A stretch of 60,736 nt of DNA, filler included, from Jimgerdemannia flammicorona (taxonomy: Eukaryota): assembly GCA_003990765.1 (NCBI GenBank). It is 3 parts of 3 records of this genome, joined end to end, with 100 filler letters (N's around TTAATTAATTAA, not from the genome) between each part and the next. Parts side by side here need not be neighbours in the genome. Positions count along the whole stretch, not along the records: positions 40,563 to 60,736 come from RBNJ01001743.1; 2 more parts are not named here. One strand, written 5' to 3'. This document shows positions 48,010-60,736 of this stretch, piece by piece. How positions within the stretch are numbered: the first letter of the stretch is position 1; every line of letters starts with the position of its first letter. The notes under the pieces were generated by a model. It saw only the letters and a list, made by a program, of their open reading frames with translations. It did not search any database and was not told the origin of the DNA. The position numbers and the translations under genes are program-made.

Positions 48010-51000
48010 TCATGAAGGAGCTGTGGAATCCATAGGTGAAGGACATCTAAGTGAAGATCACTAACTGAATGCTTGAGGGTTCATCTGTAGGAGTCTGTTA
48101 GATAAAGTTGAAGGAGGCTACAAGGATTTATTGGAGAGGAGCAGGTAGGAAGGCTGGGATGCAGAGGAGGAAGCAAGTCTGGTGTACTTCTAATAGGTTG
48201 ATTAAATTGCAGATGGAATGGGCTGATTTGCTTTCTTCTGAAGAGGTAGAGGATTGGAGATTAGAGCAGGCAAAATTGGAGGTGGAGAAGCTACAACAGG
48301 TATTAAGAGAAGAGAAAGAGATTTGTATGAAACAAATAGCTGCCAGACTACAGTGGCAGGGGCTTGAGGAGGTAGAGTGGCCTACTAGGTATTTGTCTAG
48401 GCTACTCCAAGCTAGGAGGGTGTGACATAGATGGAATGGGTTTTTTGATAATGAAGGAGATATGGTGTATGGCATGTAACAGATCTTGGGGGTCCTGAAG
48501 GAGAGGTAGTGGGGTCTGTGGAGTGAGAAGGAAGGAGGTACAGATGGAGAGGTGATTGAAGACATTCTGGAGGAGTGGGAATTACTGCAAGTAGAGAGAC
48601 ATGAGAACTTGATCATTTCAGTCCAAGAGGAGGAGATCCAGAGTGTCCTTACAGCAACTAAGCTTGAGACAGCACCAGGAGAGGATGGGTTACCTTGGGA
48701 CTTCTGAAAGAAGATGGCAAAGGTCCCTGGAGTATTAGGAGAGATGGCTGCCCTCTGTAATCATGTTCTTCTAAATGGCAAGTGGGTTGGAGAGCAAGAC
48801 TTGGGACTGGTGACCTTATTGTACAAAGACAAGGGGAGGTGAGAGGACTGAAAGAACTAGAGGCCAATCATACTTCTAAATATGAACAGGAAGATAGTAA
48901 CTAAGATGATTATTGCAAGGCTACAAAAGATTGCCCAGCAGGTACTGAGTGAGGAGCAGCAGGGCTTTATAGAAGGGAGGCTTATTAGAGATGAGACTGC
49001 CTAAGTGCACAGCATTATTGAAGGAGCCCAGACTTGTGGACTAGATGGGAGACTGGTCTTTCTGGACCAGAAAAAGGTCTATAACTATGTTCAGTGAGTA
49101 TGGCTGGACAAGGTGCTGGATAGAATTGGTATTCCCTCATATTTTCAGGCTTCTATATTGGATCTGTTGAAGGGCAGTAGAGTAGTGTTGATGTGTAATA
49201 GTCACCAGGGTTTGGCTTTTCCCTTGAGAAGAGGAGTTCCTCAGAGAGACCTGCTGTCTCCTATCCTTTATGCCCTTTTGTTGAAACCTTTGATGGATAG
49301 GATATGGTGAAAGGTGGCAGGGCTCTCTATATATAGTATAGTGTAGAAGGTGAGAGCCTTTGTGGATGATATGATAGTTGGACTAGAATCAGTAGCAGAT
49401 GTTGAGGTACTTAAGAAGACAGTGAACTGGTATGAGACACACTCTGGGGCAAAACTCAACTGGCACAAGTGTGAGACAATGGTGTTAGAGAATGAGCTGG
49501 TGGGTGGGGATGTCATTGGAACAATTGTCCCTATAGAAGAGGTGGTGTGGTATCTGGATATCTTCCTATCTGTATATAGATCTGTCTTACCATGAGTGTG
49601 GTGGGAGAGAAGGGTGGCTATTTGGGGGGAGGCTATTAGAGATTGGGGGGATCACCATATCTCTCTGGCTGGGTGGATATCAATTCTGAATATCTACTGG
49701 TTCTCTAAGCTATGGTATGTGGCCTATTACTTGGACTTTCTGGCTTTGGTAGTGAAGAGGCTGACAGAACTGGCTAGAGATTGGATTTGGGAAGGGAGGA
49801 GGTCTCAGATCAGTTGGGATACTCTTATATTACTAGTGGTTAGGAGAGGACTGGGCCTTGTGGATTTCCCTAAGAGGTTGCATTACCTACAAGCTTGGTG
49901 GTTGAAAAGGGCTGCTAAACTGCAGAGAGGAGGCTGGGTACTACTGATACAGAAGGTGTTAGAGATGAGATTCTCCCCTTGGGGGTCTTTACGAGATTTT
50001 CTCTCTCTAGTGGATCTGAGTAGAAGCTACCAGCTAAGGTATAAGGGCTTCTAGTGGGAGGTGGTAGATGGAGTACACAGGATAGGCCTGTGCTGGTATG
50101 GCAATGAAGGGGAGGTGCAGTGGGATCCAGATATGTGACAATGGGACAAACTGCTTCTGGGGGGCATTCCACTTACTGAGTTTGATATTAGTGAAAGAGT
50201 GGAATGTTAGCAGAGACTTGGTCAGGATCTTTGGCCGAGTAGTTGGCAGGCAGTAAGGATAGACAAAGAGTGAGACTGAGCAGGAGTCTGGTCATAGAGT
50301 GCTGAGGTATAGAGGTGGCTTCCTTCCAAGTTCTGGGTAGTATAGTGATGGATACTATAGAGGAATATTATGTTAAATTTCCATACTGGGCATCTGGTGG
50401 ATGGTGGACAATTAGATTGTGAGGAGTGTTATGATGTAGAGCAAGTTAGAGGATTTGTACAAATGCCAGAACATTGGCTAAGAGAATGTAAGGTCCTGGG
50501 AGACTTTTGGATAGCAGTAGGGGCCTGGCTGGGTATAGCAAAGAGACTAGATAGTGAGAGAGATCACTGAGAGGATTTGAAATCTCAATTGGTGGAAGGT
50601 GTCAGTAATGGTTGACTCACTGTAGGGTGGGTCTTAGTAGTGTAGATACATAGGGTTGGCTGGCCATTAGCTCTTTGTTTTTAAGGAAGGGCAATAGATG
50701 GGTATATAGGAGAAGTTGTTAAGATAAGAGAAGTTGTTGGGAGATCTGCTAACAGGGTAGTGGGTTGGTTTGGGTCTCCAGAGTAGGCAACATCACTACC
50801 TGATGGAAGGGATCTATGAATAGAGTAGTGAGTGGGTGGAGATAGTATTTAACAAAGTGGTCTTTCATTGAGAGGGGGTGAGTGGGAGAGGTGAGAGAGG
50901 GGAGGGGCCCCCTAAGAGGATTGGATAGGGGTGGACACTGTATATTATATAGAGGTTAGATAGGTGTATTAATAAAGGATGGAGTCTGAGTAACAGAAAA

Positions 51001-51031
51001 CTAAAAAAAAAAAAACAAAAAAAAAAAAAAA
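48010..51031 (+). mobile_element. 5'-truncated L1/Tx1-like LINE (RT plus zinc finger) with poly(A) tail, degraded
   Basis: APGEDGLP, N*RPIILLN, EEQQGF, FLDQKK, RGVPQ..LSP, AFVDD and CEEC..HWLREC. AATAAA at 50971 and A-tail 51003-51031. Confidence 0.9.
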
Positions 51032-52445
51032 GTATTGATTGCTTCTCTATTCATGGATCTGAGTTAGGCTATCAGAAAGATATCTTGTTCAGGTTTAGTA
51101 AAAGCTTGAAAGTCTTTATACAATTTAGCAAATTCTTCTTTAGGTACTTTGGTGAAGTAATCACAACCACAGCCTAGTTCTAAAAAAATGGAGAGCTTTC
51201 TTGTATTCAGTTAAATTTTTGTAATTTATTATATATATATATATATATACAGTTTGTCTGATTTTGTTAAATTTTTTCCATATAGCATATTAAAATTACA
51301 TAAGACTATCTCTATATATATATATGTATCTTTACTATTTATATTTTCATTTTTTCCTTGATTCTTTGGAAGTTTCTGATAATTCTCACTTCTTAGAATT
51401 TGATTCACCTTGACTTCATCCAGAAGTATTTTAGTAAGATGGATTTATGTTTCTAATAGAGCCAATATGTAATTATTGGTAAATTTCATAGGTAATTCTC
51501 TCTTTATCCAAATATTCTTGAATAGCTTCAGTATCAGATACTTTAAAAACATAGGGGACAATTTTCTCACCTTGTTCTTGTTTCAAAATGCTTCTGATGG
51601 TATTATAGTTTTTCAATTCCATAGTGGATTTGATGTAAACTAATTTCATATTTATATATTTACATAGGGATTTTTAAAGGTTTGGTTGCAGGTTCACTAT
51701 TCATAAATAAAGCTCGCCTCTTACGAAGCAAATTATGTTTACAATTGGGGATTTCCCGATTTCTCAGGTAAATATCATAATCCGGCCTTTCCAACGGTAC
51801 GTTTTTGAATCCGAAAAAGTGAGTGTGATGACGAAAATAACATCTGCGAGAAACAATTTATGTCACGGTTCAAAAAAAAAAACCGTTATTATTATGTAGG
51901 GAGATCAATAGAGTAAATATTCGCTCAATATCGAAGACGCTAGTACGGATTTGATGATAGGGAACCTACAATAAGCTAAAAAAAAAGAAACTAGCATCAG
52001 CTCCGACTGATCTACATACAATTTATGCCAGACAATACTTAGCTTAGAATCTCGAAACCATAGATAACTTTAGCAGCACCGAACAAATAGCAGCAATCAG
52101 AAACCGGTACGGTTCATCAACCGAATGGGTCGGTCAGGTCATTCGGGCTATGGTTGCTATAGACGTTGCGACATTCTCCAATATACTTTGAAGGTGTTAA
52201 CCCGACCAAACGAAAGCCATAAGATTGTGACCGGCAGAGTTTGGAACTGATGAAAACACAATAATGAGCAACGTCCTGCTATTCTGTTGGCAGCCTATAC
52301 TTTGTCGGAACGCTATGTCCCGTCCACTGATGGGGTGGTGACGTCCATCAGTCTAGACAAAGCATGAAGAAAGCGAGAGACCTTCCTTTGAATAAGGGTA
52401 TGCTCCGACACGAGTAAGTATTATAAAGTTCACCACAGGCTCGCG

Positions 52446-52530
52446 AACTGGTGGCATACTATAAAGTCTCCCGTTTCCGGCAGCCAACCGGTAGAAACTG
52501 GTGGCATACTATAAAGTCTCCCGTTTCCGG
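52446..52530 (+). repeat. 35-bp direct repeat x2 containing TATAAA, upstream of the 52594 ATG
   Basis: AACTGGTGGCATACTATAAAGTCTCCCGTTTCCGG twice with a 50-bp period. Confidence 0.9.
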
Positions 52531-52593
52531 GTGAGCCAAAAAAAAAAAACAAATAAATTTGCAACGTCACACATATGAATTTGGTAACCAACG

Positions 52594-54702
52594 ATGGAAC
52601 CTCACATTCCGGCCCAATATAATAGCTTCAAGATCGAAGGCCCTAACTTCGTCAAATTAGAAGTTAGCAAATTCTTTCGTACTGTGCAATGCTCACAATG
52701 GCACGACATTTTCTTGTTTTGTAGACTGCGTCAGCAGAATTGTAGCGTTCTGGTCCCCAACCTGGAACATATCGCCTACAAGCTTTCTTTGACGCGGATC
52801 AAACATTGCAAGGCCATTGGGAAACCTGTCAAAGCCTATGTTAATCAGCTCATAGCATGGTCCGATACTGTGCCTCATCTCTTCGTGGATGCGTGTCGGC
52901 GTTTGGATGGTGACAAGAAACGGCGAAGCTGGGAAGCGGAGCTCCAGGAACTTACACAGACCGTTCAATTCAAACGGGCCCGCAACCACGCCATGGCAGG
53001 CGAACGTGCTGAAGATTTGATTACAGGGCATCTTTACAACCCAGAAAACTCGCCTACACCTCAAAGCTCGATCAAACAAGTCACCATAACAAGTGAAAAT
53101 GACGATGACGACAATTTGAATGAAAGCGATTACGATGACTATTCAGATGAAAGCGATTACGATGACTATTCAGATGAAAGCGACGACGATTCTGAGCCGT
53201 CTGAGTTAAATATCGGTGATGATCTGAAAGAAGATGAAGGAAATCTAGGCCTCGCACCCATCTTCAGAAAGATTTTGCTGGACAAGCACACGAAGCATCC
53301 TGACAAGATGGCCAGTTTGAATGACATGTTCGATTTCGAAGACAAAGCTCTCACAGATAGTTTGGTTAATCTGTTGCCACGCACTGACAGAGAATCCTTG
53401 TTGGAGAGTTTGCAAATCCAGAAGGACTACGAGATCCCAAATGAGGTCCTCCAGTATCAGAAACAGTTACATAATGTGAGTGTATTTCGAGACCATTACA
53501 GAATTACATATATTATGCAATAGCAGTAACTCTTTGTAATTCTAGGCCAAATCTATTCGTGAAATGCGGCAAGCTCAAAGAAAGAAAATAATAAGTCCAG
53601 AAGAATTCGATCCAACCCTGCACGCGGATCTTTTCTATCTGGAGGAAACTTACAGCAACATGTAAGTTACAAAAATGGTGTCCAGTATATTAATTTTTTT
53701 TACCTACAATTTGTTTATGTTAATCTCAACATCTCAGTATATCGTATTTCGAAGCCCCTGTCAACATCTTGAATGACCCGAGTCAGAACGAACGCAGTAT
53801 TGCTCCAAAGATAATCATTCCAATAATTGACAGATTATTCCGAATGCATTCTGATCTATTGACCACATACTGGTATATATCTTTTTAATTCTCTCTAATA
53901 TGAAGTTTGTGCATATATGGACTTACATACACCTACTTAACAGGCTTGAGAAGTTACCCGCTTCAACGAAAGATGATCCTGATGTGGAACAAAGAACGAA
54001 ACTCGTTGACGGGTTGATTTTGTGCCCCTTGTCTACTCATAGGCATGATGCGATGGTCATGGAATTCTCTGGTGGCTTTATCAAAAAGTCCAATGCAAAA
54101 GCTTGGATGATCGTACAAAGCTCCTGCGGTGCATGAAGCGAGCCATCAACATGATAGTTCGCAGAAACGATGTTGGAACCACTGATCTCCCCAAACTAAA
54201 GGTTTATGGCATCCAAGTTGTTGGTAAGTATTAACAGCTTGTCTATTAAATTTAATAGATTTTTACTTAGCAACTTGTCATTTATTTTAGAGGGGATCAT
54301 ATGCGTTTATTGCATGAACATCGTTACAAGGAGGATCTATCAAGTTTGGAAGGTTTGCTCTATTCCTATCCCAAGGGCGACTAGTCAGCTTATCGATGAA
54401 GCCTTCGGGAAGGGTTTAATTCAACTGTTGAGGGTAAAGGTAATGTAATTATTTATTTAATCGTATTCCGAGCCATACATGGATAAACGTTGTCTTACTC
54501 TTCATATTCACGCTTTCATGTATGTAATAAGCATGACTTGATCGAAACAACAAGATTCGTCCTCAGCCATCAGAGAGGCACCAACGTGGACGATTTATCC
54601 ACGCTGTTAAGAACCCCCACAAAGAAGACCACGGCGGACTTCTTGAGCCGTGTTGACACAACACCTACCAAACAGAACAACAGTAAGTCACTTTCAACAT
54701 GA
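52594..54702 (+). pseudogene. Multi-exon gene with acidic tract and C-terminal PD-(D/E)XK-like nuclease fold; one frameshift near 54100
   Basis: Spliced frame gives NERSI..W(L)E..KLVDGLI..MEFSGG..DDRTKLLRCMK..VYGIQVV. GT-AG introns near 53476, 53662, 53873, 54223 and 54440. The fold assignment is by motif recognition only. Confidence 0.6.
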
Positions 54703-55032
54703 TGTCTGAGGTTATTAATTGGGATCGTTATTAATTGGGATCCTATCTTACCACACTGATGCAGGAGCCAAAAAATAGCTCGAACACATTTAAATATGAA
54801 AATCTGTAATCGAGAGAAGCCAGAGAAACTTGAACCTGCTGGAATTTTGCCAAATGTCTCTCTAATTAGCGCTTGAGTGTAATGGGCCTAATGGGTTCTT
54901 AGCAAAATGAAAAGGGTTTTTATTCAACAATCGCGATAAGGAATAATATAAGGAAATAGTCCAAATACAGACGATGAACAAGCGGCTTAGCAGATGATAT
55001 AAATTCCAACGGAGCCAAATACAAAGCAAAAA

Positions 55033-55072
55033 GTCAAATGTTCACTTTGTCTGGTTTGTTGCAGCACGCCCC
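55033..55072 (-). mobile_element. Probable DNA-transposon terminus, same family as 20409-20449
   Basis: Reverse complement GGGGCGTGCTGCAACAAACCAGACAAAGTGAACATTTGAC. Confidence 0.6.
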
Positions 55073-55299
55073 AAATTAGAGAGTTAGATATTTTCCTCGA
55101 ATTACCAAATATACTTTGTACACATGCAGCCCTCTTGCCACCTCATTTCTTCCTCCCCTCCCCTCTCGCTACCTCATTTCTTCCCCCCCCCTCTCCCTAG
55201 CAAGCATATCTCTTGCAAAGAGCTCGGTATCTGTTTTAGTTCCATGTATTTTATATTATATATATATATATACTAATATATTATTATATTATACAGGAC

Positions 55300-58200
55300 C
55301 TCTGCCATCAACAATTAGTGGTGTTCACTGTACCAAACACTGACAGTACAGGGTGTGCAGTACTAGCTGCTCAACAGGTCTGTCATTTATTTCAAAGTGT
55401 AAAAAACTAGTATATATATATATATTACCTGACTGTTATCTATCACCAGACATATGGGCTGGTCGGCAATGTCTTGGTGATATTTGCATACTCTCACCCA
55501 TCTTTTTTAGTATATATGAGCAAATGTATGTAGTACCCCTAAAGACCCTCCTAGAATGCACTGCACTTGTGCAAAGGATCTGTCCCCTTGACCAAGGGAC
55601 TTCTGAGTATTCCTGTAGTGAAAGCTCTCCTCCCAGAAGAATGGCTCTGGAAGCTTGCCACACCCAAGAATGAGAAGGGGTATTGTATACATGAACTAAA
55701 GCCACATATAATATCATATGTACCTACTCTGATAGGGGACCCTACCACAGCACATTTAGTAGAAAATAATATTTATATATATATCAAAATAAAGATATAC
55801 AACCAAATGAAAAAGGTTACAATTTGTGCATTAGAGTTCCCTGAGTATAATTGATGCAGTCCAATTTTTGAACCCAACCCATATTTGACCAGTATATAGT
55901 CCAATCTGAAATTTTTTATTTTGATAAATATCTAATAGCATATGAGTATCAAAAGAGAGAAGAGTCTAAGTAGGAATAAAGAGGAATGAGTATCAAGAGC
56001 CAAGCATCAAAAGAGAGAATAAGTGTCAAAAGAGAGAATGAGTATTGAAAGAGAAGAATGAGCACTAATTCTCTGACATACAACTAGATTTAAAGCCACC
56101 TGATGTCAAATTACCTCTGACTATATTTGATCATTTTGACTTCGAAACATTGATAACTATGTCTGAAAGAATAGAGATATCAGCATATCCCAAACCATCA
56201 AGATTATATATAGTTGGCCAACTACTGCTCATCAAGTTTATTGAAAGCTTAGTATATCTTAGCTGTTATTAAGTCAATAAAATCAAATTAGAAGAAGTCA
56301 GTAAAAGATATGCACCTTCAATCCATATGATCTTCTGCTATACTGTATATCAATATATCATATCCTTTGATGGTATAGGCATTACTAAATAAGAATCAAG
56401 CAAGTTGGAACCAAAGATATCTATACTTTGATAGTGAATAGTAGCTGTAAGTTCTATTGCAAATATTGATTATACACCATTAAGTATCTTTTTTGTAGTG
56501 ATAGATTCCTTATATATCAAAGGGAATCTTTTATATAAATCTCAAAATTCATCAAAAAGAGTGCATTTAGCAGGCTGAAAAAAGTAAACAAATATACCTC
56601 AAGATTGTTGCAGATGATGACAAGGTGATACCAATAATAATGACAGATGAACAGTAGATAGTACCACAGAATACACAAGTATATATTGGAACTTTTGCTG
56701 TATACCTGCCTATAGACCCTTATAAAGTAGTTATCATATCATCAGCAGTAACTATGCACAATAATATTGATGATGCAGCAAAGGATATATCTGGTATATA
56801 CATTGTTCCTATTTGTAGAGACTATGATTACTATGGTTCAAACAATGGTATGGTAGCAGCTGTTATGTACAAGATGGCAGATCTACTACTTGCTGAAGGC
56901 TATAAAATTCAGATACTTGTTATTGATGATGATGTAAAAAATTACAACATCTTTGTCAACAAGCAAGAAGATCTATTAAATAATATGATCAAAGTTGAAA
57001 ACTGATGAGATTCTGGATATTGAGCTAAAAATATCTAAAAAAATTTAATGAAACTAACAAAAAATAATAACTTACTTATACCTTTCATACTTTCCTTCAC
57101 TTGTGGCTATCTTCAAGTTCTGTATATCAATATAAAGAAATAAGGTGGAGTTGAAGAATTAACTAAATTGCTTGAAAATCTTTTTGAACATATATTTTTC
57201 AATCATTATTGGAGATGCAGCAGTAGTTGTCAGTACCAATTTCATAATGTCTATCTACCACAGATAATCCAGCAATTTGCCAAAGTATATACTAATTTTG
57301 GTAATTTCAAAACAAATGATATAGTTGAAGTTAAATGGTCAGGCAACAATAGCAATATAAAGGTATCTCTGCTTTTTCAGAAAAATGAGGATAATAGTAT
57401 ATCTATTGAACTCTTTCATAGGTTCTAGCAGATTATACATTATAATGTATCAATACATCAATATCTGGATATAGTAATCGAACTCTTATCTGAAGATAGT
57501 AATACTAAAGAGGGTGATCCTAATAATAGTTGTGACCTTAATAGTAATGATGGTAATAACAATAATAATAACAATGCCAATAATAGTGATGATGCCAATA
57601 ATAGTAATGATATTAATAATGATAATGATGCTAATAATGGTGATGATACTGCTAGATATGAGACTGATTATAAGTAGCCAGAATACTTAGATATAGCTAA
57701 AGTCAAGACATCAACATATCTAGTAGCACAAATCAAAGTATGTATGAAGGAGCTCAAGGTAGCAATACCACAACTGTTTTCATTTCGACTTGATAACTCA
57801 CTCACAATAGATTCAAAGACTAAGGCTATAATTGAAAGAGTCAAAAAATTAAAAATGAGTATGCTAAAGGATATTGAATATTATGCCTATAGATGTAATA
57901 TAAATTAAGTCAAAAGTATCCATCATATCTACCAACCATATATTGGTAATAAGATCAAGCATTATACCAACCTAAAACTATGTATCACCTAAGCCAATTT
58001 GTAATAGAATCAAGAACCTATATCAGCAGTTCTATTATTGACAGTACAAGGACATTTGGTTTCAGTTAAGGAAAAGAATTCTTTCAATTAGATGGCAATA
58101 GAGAAAGAGCAAGATTATTACCAAAATCTTACAATAGTACAAAAAAAATATATTTGAGATTATGATCTCTATATCAAAGTAAGATCTACTACAGGAAGCC

Positions 58201-58480
58201 AACAGTTCAAGGATTTCAGCTATATCGATTATGGTGAGGCAGATGAAAGGACCAAGCAGAGGGTATGTGAGAATATACCTGAAGAAAGGTGTGAATTTAT
58301 AATTACAGCTACTGGTCAATAGTATAAATTTTGACAAACAAGATTTGTTAAATGAACAAAAAGCCAGCCAATAGAAGTAGTGCCTATAGAAGAATATAAG
58401 TATTGTACTTGATATGAAAAAAATAAAGATTACAAAGGATAACAGAATGGCAAATAAAGAAAAGAGGTAAAAATGCACAC
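55300..58480 (+). pseudogene. Heavily decayed DDE transposase relic, Mutator-like
   Basis: Remnants ISFDG, YYGSNNGM, ILVIDDDVK, D.G(H).AKN and HIFFNH..CSSSC resemble Mutator-like transposase motifs. Many stops and frameshifts; boundaries approximate. Confidence 0.5.
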
Positions 58481-58995
58481 AAAGCCACAGATCTGTGATA
58501 GTGTAACAATTTTTGTAACAATATTATAAATATTGTAAATTATTATAAATTTTAAAATTCACATAAAAAAATCATAGTGATATTTAATTTTGAACTGTAT
58601 TATTAAAGAAAAAGTGCTCTCAATTAGTAGTAGAGGTAGAGTTGTAGCTGGATCTAAAGGCAGCTGAGGATAGCGTGGTAGATGGCCTACTGGTAAGACT
58701 GCAGGCTAGATAACTGGAAGTAGGAGAAAGACCTACAAAGTATTTATTTATCAGGTATCTTAAAAGCCAGAAAGGTGTGGTATAGCTGGATCTCAGTATT
58801 GTAAGAGGATGGTACAGAGATCACAGGTATCATAGAAATGCTGGACAAGATCTCTGGACAATGGCAGACTCTTTGGTTGGATGAAGGGGGGTTAGTAGAG
58901 GGAGAAGTACTGCAGGAGAATAATGACAATTTGGTGGGCAGTTGGCCAGTGGTAGTATAATCTGATATAGATGAGACAGTAATGAACATAGTAGC

Positions 58996-59524
58996 TAGTG
59001 CTCCTAACGAGTCAATTCAATCCGGATTGGATTCGGATTGATTCAGATTGAATCCCATCTGGATGGATTCGAATCGGATTCGAATCAATCATTGTTTTGA
59101 TTTCCAAATTAGACAATTAAATGTTTACATCAATAACTTGATGAATAATCATCCAAATTTGATGATCTTGGTGTCATTTGAAAGCTCTGAATAAGGCCTA
59201 TCTAATCATATCAAGAACATTGAAATCGGATCATGCGTTGCTGAGTTATGAAGGAAAACATCTGAATCGCCGATTTTGGAAATTCTTTGATTTGCCGATT
59301 TTGGAAATTTCGTCAAATGGAACGTTTTCCTTAATATCTCGGCAACATGTAATCCGATTTTAATGTTCTTGGTATTATTAGAAAGGCCTTATTAAGGGCT
59401 TTCAAATGACACCAAAATCATCAAATTTGGACAAATTATTGATGTAAACATTTAATTGTCTAATTTGGAAATCAAAACAATGATCCATCCGAATCCCATC
59501 CGGATTGACTCGTTCGGAGCACTA
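58996..59524. mobile_element. hAT-type fold-back MITE
   Basis: TAGTGCTCC..GGAGCACTA termini, perfect 8-bp TSD ATAGTAGC, long internal palindrome. Confidence 0.92.
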
Positions 59525-59687
59525 ATAGTAGCCCTAGAAGAGGTATTAGAGGTACTGGGGAAAGTGCAGATGGACTCATCACCAGGGGAGAATGGACTAT
59601 CTTGGGAATTCTGAAAGGAGTTCTGGGTTGAGTTCAGTAACTGGCTAGTAGAAATGGCAAACTTTGTTTTGAAGAAAGGCAGCTGGA

Positions 59688-60221
59688 TAGGCTCCTAACG
59701 AGTCAATTTAATCCAGATTGGATTCGGATTGATTCGAATCCCATCCGGATGGATTCGAATCAACCATTGTTTTGATTTCCAAATTAGATAATTAAATGTT
59801 TACATCAATAACTCAATGAATAATCATCCAGATTTGATGATCTTGGTGTCATTTGAAAGCCTTTAATAAGGCCTATCTAATGATACCAAGAACATTGAAA
59901 TCCGATCATGCGTTGCTGAGTTATGAAGGAAACCGTCTGAATCGCCGATTTTGGAAATTATTCGATTTGCCGATTTTGGAAAATTTCGTCAAATAGAACG
60001 TTTTCCTTAATATCTCGGCAACGCATAATCCGATTTTAATGTTCTTGATATCATTAGAAAGGTCTTATTAAGGGCTTTCAAATGACACCAAGATCATTAA
60101 ATTTGGATAATTATTCATCGAGTTACTGATGTAAACATTTAATTGTCCAATTTGGAAATCAAAACAATGGTTGATTCGAATCCATCCGAATCTCATCCGG
60201 ATTGACTCGTTCGGAGCACTA
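59688..60221. mobile_element. Second copy of the same MITE with abnormal junctions
   Basis: Highly similar to 58996-59524; left terminus clipped and no clean 8-bp TSD. Confidence 0.85.
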
Positions 60222-60683
60222 GGCAATGGTTTCTTAGAGCTGGTCTCTCTGCTGTATAAAAAGAAGAGAGATTGGTGGATATGGTGGAATTGACAGCCAA
60301 TCATGTTACTGAATGTGGATAGAAAATTGGTGTCCAAGATTCTGGTCAGGAGGATACAGTAGTGGATTGGTAGGCTGGTGGGTGAGGACTAGCAAGGCTT
60401 TGTCAAAGAGAGACAGATTAGAGATAGTACTGCCTGGGTGCAAAATGTCTTAGAGGGATGCAGGAGTAGGTGAGTAGATGGACAGATGGTATTTCTGGAT
60501 CAGAAGAAGGCATATAACAGAGTGTGGTGGAATTATCTTGAGATAGTATTATGAAAAATAGAGTTTAGTACTATAGAGATAAGGAGATTGATGGGCCTGA
60601 TGTGAGGCTGTAGAGCAGCTGTTTTGATGAATGAGTAAAGTGGTTCTGAATTTGTCTTGGGGAGAGATATACTACAGAGTGAA

Positions 60684-60687
<4 letters not shown>

Positions 60688-60736
<49 letters not shown>
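60688..60736 (-). repeat. Poly(T) run, probably the poly(A) tail of a minus-strand retroelement at the contig end
   Basis: A long T run interrupts the LINE frame and ends the contig. Confidence 0.55.

Larger units (their letters stand above)
58626..60686 (+). mobile_element. Degraded L1/Tx1-like LINE RT fragment carrying two MITE insertions
   Basis: ERPTKYLF, SPGENGLSWEF, *QPIMLLNVDRK, *QGFVK and FLDQKKAYNRV motifs. Confidence 0.8.

Noticed and set aside
51300..51650. Degraded minus-strand ORF (MKLVYIKSTMELKNY...)
   Set aside because: Short, contains mixed stop types and has no identifiable family.
55073..58625. GAGAG..CTCTC as TIRs of the relic transposon
   Set aside because: Only about 5 bp match and the flanks (ATTA vs AATT) are not a clean TSD.

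Overview
Eukaryotic (fungal) genomic DNA. Intron style, gene content and repeats suggest an early-diverging fungus such as Mucoromycota/Endogonales (inference). The window is three ~20.2-kb contigs joined by artificial N-TTAATTAATTAA-N linkers (20182-20281, 40463-40562), so adjacency across linkers means nothing. Contig 1 (1-20181) is gene-rich and CpG-normal: a secreted Arg-rich prepro-protein, an ACS-family MFS transporter, an F-box protein, a 4xLysM-chitin deacetylase (CE4) fusion and a 5'-truncated mucin-like membrane sensor. Contig 2 is a nest of C-to-T-hypermutated Ty3/Gypsy chromoviruses from two families, both with a dUTPase between the Gag zinc knuckle and protease. It also holds an unknown ~370-codon ORF just after one element's 3'-LTR start, a hAT-type MITE and an AT-rich ORF that may read in mollicute code. 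Contig 3 holds L1/Tx1-like LINEs, fold-back MITEs, a PD-(D/E)XK-like gene, a relic DDE transposase, and the most unusual object. That object is a complete, TSD-flanked, endonuclease-less two-ORF Penelope-like retroelement with a candidate -1 frameshift signal and a 338-bp-arm terminal hairpin.
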